Made by a program: the position numbers and the translations under genes. From positions 64,001 to 128,000 of the forward strand of contig JBFWNW010000003.1 in assembly GCA_050250855.1 (NCBI GenBank): a stretch of 64,000 nucleotides of DNA, given 5' to 3'. Under the pieces are notes generated by a model, which had not been told where the DNA came from, searched no databases, and saw nothing but the letters and a program-made list of their open reading frames with translations. Source of the stretch: Candidatus Babeliales bacterium. GTDB taxonomy: Bacteria; Babelota; Babeliae; Babelales; JACPOV01. Every line of letters starts with the position of its first letter. Position 1 is the first letter of the stretch. Positions 58,295 through 64,000 of this stretch are shown in pieces.

Positions 58295-59650
58295 ATGAAC
58301 AACATTGAGCACATACAACCAGCCTATGTCTTTACCCAACCAAATAAACCATTACTTGCATTGCCTGTTGAAGGAACAACCTCAAGCAAAGTTATTGATT
58401 TAGTCAAAAAAGGGGTTAATCAATATGAACACCATAATTTTGACATGGCAACCATGTATTTCAAACAAGCACTTAAACTTGATGCTCTTCCTGTTATAGC
58501 AAACAATCTTGCCTGCATTGCGCTTATACAAAACAATCAAGAAAAAGCTAAAACCTATTTGGTCAATGCACCGGGCAACACACTCTTAAGCTACAACTTA
58601 GCAATAATTCATTATCAAGAAAATAATATACCAGAAGCTGAGCGTCTCCTTACGGAAATAACTACTCAGCCGCTTGCTTTTAAAGCACAACTCTTTTTGA
58701 GCTTTATACAGTATGAACATAAAAATTTTCAAAAAGCTTTAGAGGTACTTGAGACCATAGTTCCTACTGAAAATAATCCTTATGAACAAGAAATTATACA
58801 GTATCATAAAATAGCAGTTCATGCTGCTTTGCAAAACTATGCCGCAGCAACTGCCGTAGCGCCAACTTCTTTATTAGAAGAAAATCCATCGCAAGAAAAA
58901 AGTGGCGCAGAACCGTTCTTTGCTGAAACGTACAATAATCTTGGCTGCACGTATCTTGATCAAAAGCAATATGCACCAGCACTTAAATGCTTAACGCATG
59001 GCTTCATGATTAATAAACTTATGGGGCAACCTGCTCTTAATACCACGCTTGCTTTTAATATCGGCCAAGCAGTATATGAACAAAATAAAAATAGCCAAAA
59101 ACCAGATGCATCTGATGAAAAAAAATATACGGTCAAAACAATACGCTTTAACAATAAATTTCTTGCTTATGCACTACCAGAAGAAGATGGTGCTTTGAGA
59201 CAGCTTCTCATGACTTCATTTACTCATATAGATCAAAGAAATTTCAAGGCAGTATTAAAAGGTATGCAAGATGCTCTTGACCTTTTTCCCGATTCATTTG
59301 CGGTGTATAACAATTATGTTGTTGCTTTGTATGTAACCCATGCGCTGCAGCCGCACCTTGTTTCTGCGCAAGATATGAATAAAAAATTTGTTGCTTATAT
59401 GATTAAAACAAAAGAGTTAGCAGTCACTAAACAAGAACTAGGCATTATGCTTAATAACCTTGCATGCACTATGCCAGAAAAAGAATCTGCGCAAGCACTT
59501 GCTATGCAACATGCTGCTATTGCACATGATGCGCACAAAGAATATCTTATCAATTTAGGATTCTTGGCTATGAAGCCGCTAGAAAAAGAACTCCAAGCTT
59601 CTTTGCACCATAATAAACAAGAAAAAGTACAAGAAGCACAATCTGCTTAG
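58295..59650 (+). CDS. Tetratricopeptide repeat protein
   Basis: Repeated NNLA/YNLA/YNNLG TPR motifs. Confidence 0.8.
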   Translation: MNNIEHIQPAYVFTQPNKPLLALPVEGTTSSKVIDLVKKGVNQYEHHNFDMATMYFKQALKLDALPVIANNLACIALIQNNQEKAKTYLVNAPGNTLLSYNLAIIHYQENNIPEAERLLTEITTQPLAFKAQLFLSFIQYEHKNFQKALEVLETIVPTENNPYEQEIIQYHKIAVHAALQNYAAATAVAPTSLLEENPSQEKSGAEPFFAETYNNLGCTYLDQKQYAPALKCLTHGFMINKLMGQPALNTTLAFNIGQAVYEQNKNSQKPDASDEKKYTVKTIRFNNKFLAYALPEEDGALRQLLMTSFTHIDQRNFKAVLKGMQDALDLFPDSFAVYNNYVVALYVTHALQPHLVSAQDMNKKFVAYMIKTKELAVTKQELGIMLNNLACTMPEKESAQALAMQHAAIAHDAHKEYLINLGFLAMKPLEKELQASLHHNKQEKVQEAQSA

Positions 59651-59661
59651 TATATAAAAAT

Positions 59662-59693
59662 AAAAAGGCGCTTGTATTTCAAAGCGCCTTTTT
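59662..59693. terminator. Bidirectional terminator
   Basis: AAAAAGGCGCTT...AAGCGCCTTTTT between convergent genes. Confidence 0.8.
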
Positions 59694-59710
59694 GTCTTCT
59701 TTTTCAGTCT

Positions 59711-61138
59711 TTACTTCACAAGCCCCTTCTGTTGAAGATCTGAGTACTTAATTGATCCATACTTTTCTAAAGTATCTTTTAAAGTAGGTTCTTGATAAAT
59801 ACCCTCGAACTTAAGATAAGGAATTAAATCTAGATTCACTAACCATGATTCAGGATTTCTCCTCAATTGCAACGTATGACCAAAATAGTACATTTTATTT
59901 GCAAATGATTTAAGTTCTTGCTGCAACTTTTTATCTTTAACTTTTTCTATAAGTTTCTGCAATGGTGAGTTCCTGCTTTCATACCACTCAAATAATGGAA
60001 TATTAAATAAGTTCTCAAGTCCAGCCGATTGCGTTGGATACCTAATAAACCATCGGAATAACTGTATAAATCCTTGATATGTTAATTCTACACTAGCATC
60101 ACCCTGCTGCATAATCTGACGCAATTCAGATTCTGAAACATCGCTCTTTTCAAGCAAGGTCTTAATATGTTTTGCAAAGTTTTCATGTTCTTTATTTCGT
60201 TGTTTAATGAGCGTTTCAAGATCATTATAAGATATATTTTGAGGCAAACGTTGCTCACGCACAAAAGGAACGCCACCAAGCTTAGATGAAGGTGCCTCTA
60301 CAGGAATTTCTTTTTGACTCGTAGGTCTAGCTGGCTCAAACTGCTGAGGTGCTTGCTGTGTCATGTGCTGAGAAAAACTTTGCATAAGTTTAAGCACCTC
60401 TTCATATTCTTTTTGATAACGTGTATCATGCAATTTAGAGAGTAAAGATTGTCCATAAATACCCTCAAATTGAAAATTCGGTATCATATTTATAAATGAC
60501 GTATTATATAAGTAAGTTAAAGGATTTCTAAAAAAATAAAGATCTCCAGCATTTTGTAAATCTTCTGCGACCTTTTTAGCTTCTTCATTGGTTAGAAGTT
60601 TTACAAAGTCTCTAAATTTACTAGCTTCTGGTGCAGAGCCATAACTCACATATATATTAGATCCAATTAACTTGTTTAATTCATCAAAACTATACTCATC
60701 ACGAATCCACAAACGCCATCCTTCAATAAATGCCCGATACTGCGAATCGATAAGCTTACGGCCTAAGGCAGCAAAAATTTTCTGTTTTTGTACATCAATG
60801 GACTTCTCTTTTACTAATTCCTCCATAAACTTTTTGAGGCTTTCTTGCTCTTCGTTACGCATTGCAATTAAATTTTTGAAGCCCTCTTTGTCAATATGCT
60901 TAAAGCCACGATAGACAATAGGCTTTTCGCGTGCAAAAAGAAGCTGCCCAAAAGAAGGCTCAGTTTGTGGCGGTGGTGATGGTGGAAAAACAACTGGTCG
61001 TGCACCCTCCGCTCTATTCAAGAGTTCTTGCAAACGCTGCAGCTCCCCTTCAAGAATTCTCAGTTCCTGTGTTAATTGCTGCTCTGCAGCACAGCAAAGA
61101 GCATTCCACAGAAAAATAGTTAATAGTTTTTTATACAT
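59711..61138 (-). CDS. Secreted protein with two tandem copies of an unknown ~165-aa domain
   Basis: Signal peptide, heptad helix, duplicated LI..RN.E.E / Y..FI...R..IR / IP...FEGIY. Confidence 0.75.
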   Translation of the reverse strand: MYKKLLTIFLWNALCCAAEQQLTQELRILEGELQRLQELLNRAEGARPVVFPPSPPPQTEPSFGQLLFAREKPIVYRGFKHIDKEGFKNLIAMRNEEQESLKKFMEELVKEKSIDVQKQKIFAALGRKLIDSQYRAFIEGWRLWIRDEYSFDELNKLIGSNIYVSYGSAPEASKFRDFVKLLTNEEAKKVAEDLQNAGDLYFFRNPLTYLYNTSFINMIPNFQFEGIYGQSLLSKLHDTRYQKEYEEVLKLMQSFSQHMTQQAPQQFEPARPTSQKEIPVEAPSSKLGGVPFVREQRLPQNISYNDLETLIKQRNKEHENFAKHIKTLLEKSDVSESELRQIMQQGDASVELTYQGFIQLFRWFIRYPTQSAGLENLFNIPLFEWYESRNSPLQKLIEKVKDKKLQQELKSFANKMYYFGHTLQLRRNPESWLVNLDLIPYLKFEGIYQEPTLKDTLEKYGSIKYSDLQQKGLVK

Positions 61139-61151
61139 AGTAATTCCTTTT

Positions 61152-62564
61152 TTACCAAACTTCGCTCACCATTCTGCTCAGTTCGCTACGTTCACTGCTT
61201 TCTAGGAACACGGTGCCAAACAGTCTTTGTCCTTTAAATTTGTTACTGGCAACAATTAATCCGTTACTACTAAAATCAAGATACGGTGAATCAATTTGGT
61301 AAGGATCTCCTGCTAAAATTATTTTACTCCCCTCACCAACACGTGAAATTAAGGTCTTAACTTCATGTGGCGTTAAGTTCTGTACTTCATCAATTAAAAT
61401 AAATTGATAAGGAATAGAACGACCACGCATATAGGTAATTGCTTCTAAACTTATTTTTCCTTTTTTAATAAGATCTGCTACCGGATCCATTTTGCGATCT
61501 TGATGATGATGTTCTTTGCCTTTCTTTTTGCGCGATCCTCGGTGTCCTTCATACCGTTCTTCATGCCGTTGCGTTTCATAGGCAGAAGCATCGCGACGAC
61601 CAACATTAATAGCATGCGCAATAAATTCCATATTATCGTATACTGGCTGCATCCAACTATGTAACTTCTCTTCTATGGTACCGGGCAGATAACCAATATC
61701 AGGACCTAAAGGAATTACCGGACGAGAAATTAACATTTTTTCAAACGTCTCGCTTACTAATACTTGATACATACCGGCCAAAAGAGCCAGGAATGTTTTA
61801 CCCGTACCAGCTGGTCCAATTAAATTAATAAGTTGAATTGAATCATCAAATAAAAGATTCAGCGCCATGAGCTGCTGAGGATTTTTTGCCTCAAGCGGCC
61901 ATTTAATGGCAGGTGCAACAACTGCTATAAACTTTTTGTTGCCAGCATAGCGAAACACTTTGTAATTATAAGGATTGTTCCTGCTTGAAACCCATACAAA
62001 TTCATTAAGCGTCATTTCTCGCTCTTCCACTAAGTCTTGCAGCTCGGGAGGAAATTCACTTTTTAATGAATTAGCGGGTACTTGTACGTGAATCCATCCT
62101 TGATAAAACCGCTCGGGCGTAACATGACCTTTTAAATAATCTTGTGATGCTATGCCTAACGCATCTGCTTTTACGCGAGCATTTAAATCTTTTGAAATAA
62201 ATTGGACATCTTGTCCTCGGTTCTTTAAATCCAGCGCTGATAATAAAATTAAATTATCTGCCAAATTTAAACTTAACGAAATAGGAAGCTCGTGTTTTTT
62301 TTCTGGTAAAAAAACAACTTTTACAATCGACCCATTATCAAGTTTTACTCCTTCTCGTAATGAGCCTCGTGCTCGTAATGCATCAAGATGACGAATTGTT
62401 TGACGTGCATTATGTCCCCGATCTGTCGTTTCACCTTTAAACGTATCAAGCTCTTCAAGAACCATGATAGGAATTCCTATGGTAGCTCCCTTAAAGCTAA
62501 AAAGTGCTTCAGGATCGTGAATTAATACGTTAGTATCTAATAAATATATGCGATTTCCAGCCAT
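61152..62564 (-). CDS. PhoH2-type PIN-PhoH ATPase
   Basis: LDTNVLIHDP PIN; GPAGTGKT Walker A; YMRGRS; DEVQN; GDP.QID. Confidence 0.93.
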   Translation of the reverse strand: MAGNRIYLLDTNVLIHDPEALFSFKGATIGIPIMVLEELDTFKGETTDRGHNARQTIRHLDALRARGSLREGVKLDNGSIVKVVFLPEKKHELPISLSLNLADNLILLSALDLKNRGQDVQFISKDLNARVKADALGIASQDYLKGHVTPERFYQGWIHVQVPANSLKSEFPPELQDLVEEREMTLNEFVWVSSRNNPYNYKVFRYAGNKKFIAVVAPAIKWPLEAKNPQQLMALNLLFDDSIQLINLIGPAGTGKTFLALLAGMYQVLVSETFEKMLISRPVIPLGPDIGYLPGTIEEKLHSWMQPVYDNMEFIAHAINVGRRDASAYETQRHEERYEGHRGSRKKKGKEHHHQDRKMDPVADLIKKGKISLEAITYMRGRSIPYQFILIDEVQNLTPHEVKTLISRVGEGSKIILAGDPYQIDSPYLDFSSNGLIVASNKFKGQRLFGTVFLESSERSELSRMVSEVW

Positions 62565-62764
62565 ATGCTCCCTCACGTTACTCAAACCTTTTTTATTGTT
62601 TCTTCCACCCTTGGTATACTAAACCAAATTTTTTCGTTGCAACAGATAACTTATTTATACCAAAAAAGGTGCTTTGTAGCACTATAAAAAAACTCTTTTT
62701 TGCGCTATACTACGTCTAGTGAAACACCGTGTACGATAGTATCCACGATAATAAGGAATAAATC

Positions 62765-64000
62765 ATGCATACAAAAAAAGAGTTAGAAACATTACGTCAT
62801 TCAGCAGCCCATTTACTTGCACAAGCTGTACTCGAACTTTATCCTTCTACTCTTTTGACCATCGGGCCGGCGACCCAAGAAGGATTTTTTTATGATTTTT
62901 TACCTGAAAAAAATTTCAAGGAAGAAGATCTTCCTCTATTAGAAGCTAAGATGCTTGAACTTGCTGAAAAAAATTATCCCATTACCCACAAAGAAATTTC
63001 TAAAAAAGAGGCACGCAAAATATTTGCTGGCAATAAATTTAAAGAAGAGCTTATTGACCTTATACCAGGAGACACCGTTGGTCTTTCTGAGCAAGGACCT
63101 TTTAAAGATCTTTGTAAAGGTGGCCACGTAGCATCAACAGGGCAACTCAAACATATAAAATTATTAGGAATATCAGGTTCCTACTGGCGTGCAGATAAAA
63201 ACAAAGACCAATTACAGCGCATATCGGGTACCGCATTCTTTACCCAACAAGAGCTTGAGGATTATTTAAAACATAAAGAAGAAGCAGCTCAGTATGATCA
63301 TCGCAGACTTGGCAAAATGCTTGATCTCTTTTCGTTTCATCAAGAAGGTCCTGGGTTCCCTTTCTTTCACCCCAAGGGTAAACTGGTTATTAATCTTCTT
63401 ATTGCTTATTTAAGAACATTACAAACTAAGCTCGGCTATCAAGAAATAGAAACGCCTCTGTTATTAACCGATCAACTGTGGCGCCAATCTGGCCATTATG
63501 ATCACTATAAAGATAATATGTATTTTCTTGATATTGAAGGCGAGCCATTTGCCCTCAAGCCAATGAACTGCCCTGGAGCTTTCGTTTTATACAATGAACG
63601 TCCTCATTCGTATCGCGAGCTGCCGTTACGCTTAGCAGAATTTGGCAAAGTTCACCGTCATGAGCTCTCTGGCGTTTTACATGGCCTTATGCGCGTGCGC
63701 AGCTTTACCATTGATGATGCTCACCTTATCTGTACATTAGATCAGCTTGAACAAGAAATTAAAAATACTATACAGCTTGCCTATGAGGTATATAAACATT
63801 TTGGCTTTGAAAAAATAAAGGTAGCACTCTCAACTAAACCTGAAAATGCTATGGGCTCAGATAAGGAATGGCAAAAAGCCCAGCAGGCACTCAAAAACGC
63901 CCTTGATGCAAGCAATATACCCTATACTATCCAGGAAGGAGAAGGCGCTTTCTATGGCCCTAAAATTGAGTTTAAAATACTTGATTCTATGGGGCGAGAA
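62765..64000 (+). CDS. thrS: Threonine--tRNA ligase (partial, runs off window end)
   Basis: LRHSAAHLLAQAV, DLCKGGH, DHRRLG, KPMNCPG, FYGPK; not in ORF track. Confidence 0.96.
   Translation, partial: MHTKKELETLRHSAAHLLAQAVLELYPSTLLTIGPATQEGFFYDFLPEKNFKEEDLPLLEAKMLELAEKNYPITHKEISKKEARKIFAGNKFKEELIDLIPGDTVGLSEQGPFKDLCKGGHVASTGQLKHIKLLGISGSYWRADKNKDQLQRISGTAFFTQQELEDYLKHKEEAAQYDHRRLGKMLDLFSFHQEGPGFPFFHPKGKLVINLLIAYLRTLQTKLGYQEIETPLLLTDQLWRQSGHYDHYKDNMYFLDIEGEPFALKPMNCPGAFVLYNERPHSYRELPLRLAEFGKVHRHELSGVLHGLMRVRSFTIDDAHLICTLDQLEQEIKNTIQLAYEVYKHFGFEKIKVALSTKPENAMGSDKEWQKAQQALKNALDASNIPYTIQEGEGAFYGPKIEFKILDSMGRE

Noticed and set aside
62586..62764. T-box or attenuator leader upstream of thrS
   Set aside because: No T-box consensus or terminator hairpin visible in the short divergent intergenic region
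420..63127. Many 60-160 aa ORFs antisense to or out of frame within long genes (e.g. 420..779, 47135..47626, 62939..63127)
   Set aside because: Shadow ORFs overlapping well-supported genes, with no RBS or motif support
1..64000. CRISPR array, cas genes, IS/transposase, integrase, prophage or rRNA
   Set aside because: No regularly spaced repeats or recognisable motifs seen; the repetitiveness comes from ankyrin coding repeats

Overview
AT-rich bacterial chromosome segment. Gene content (ankyrin-repeat arrays, many Sec-signal orphan paralogues, a Cys-rich beta-barrel-like family, fragmented fatty-acid genes) points by inference to an intracellular protist parasite, most likely Dependentiae/Babelota (TM6). 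Bases 1-18.8 kb are an accessory island of ankyrin genes mixed with immunity-like domains (YwqG/DUF1963 pair, SMI1/KNR4-like, a shuffled helical domain) plus an Ank/F-box-like secreted protein. The rest is housekeeping (acpP, fabD, gltX, plsX, rpmF, dprA, gyrA, lepA, grpE, ssb, mnmA, argS, tsf, pyrH, frr, tRNA-Lys, tRNA-Leu, tig, trxB, rpmH, rnpA, PhoH2, thrS) with secreted orphans between. Best leads: (1) a tiny secreted protein resembling half of an R-SNARE with a Cys-rich tail, plus its paralogue; (2) a secreted pair with repeated Tyr motifs and a PxLPxK motif; (3) Cys-rich beta-barrels next to a small Cys-rich secreted protein, suggesting a disulfide-crosslinked envelope; (4) FabD lacking its catalytic Ser; (5) an SbtA/SbtB bicarbonate module in a presumed parasite; (6) a nested REP-like palindrome. 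All family calls are by-eye motif recognition; no searches were run.
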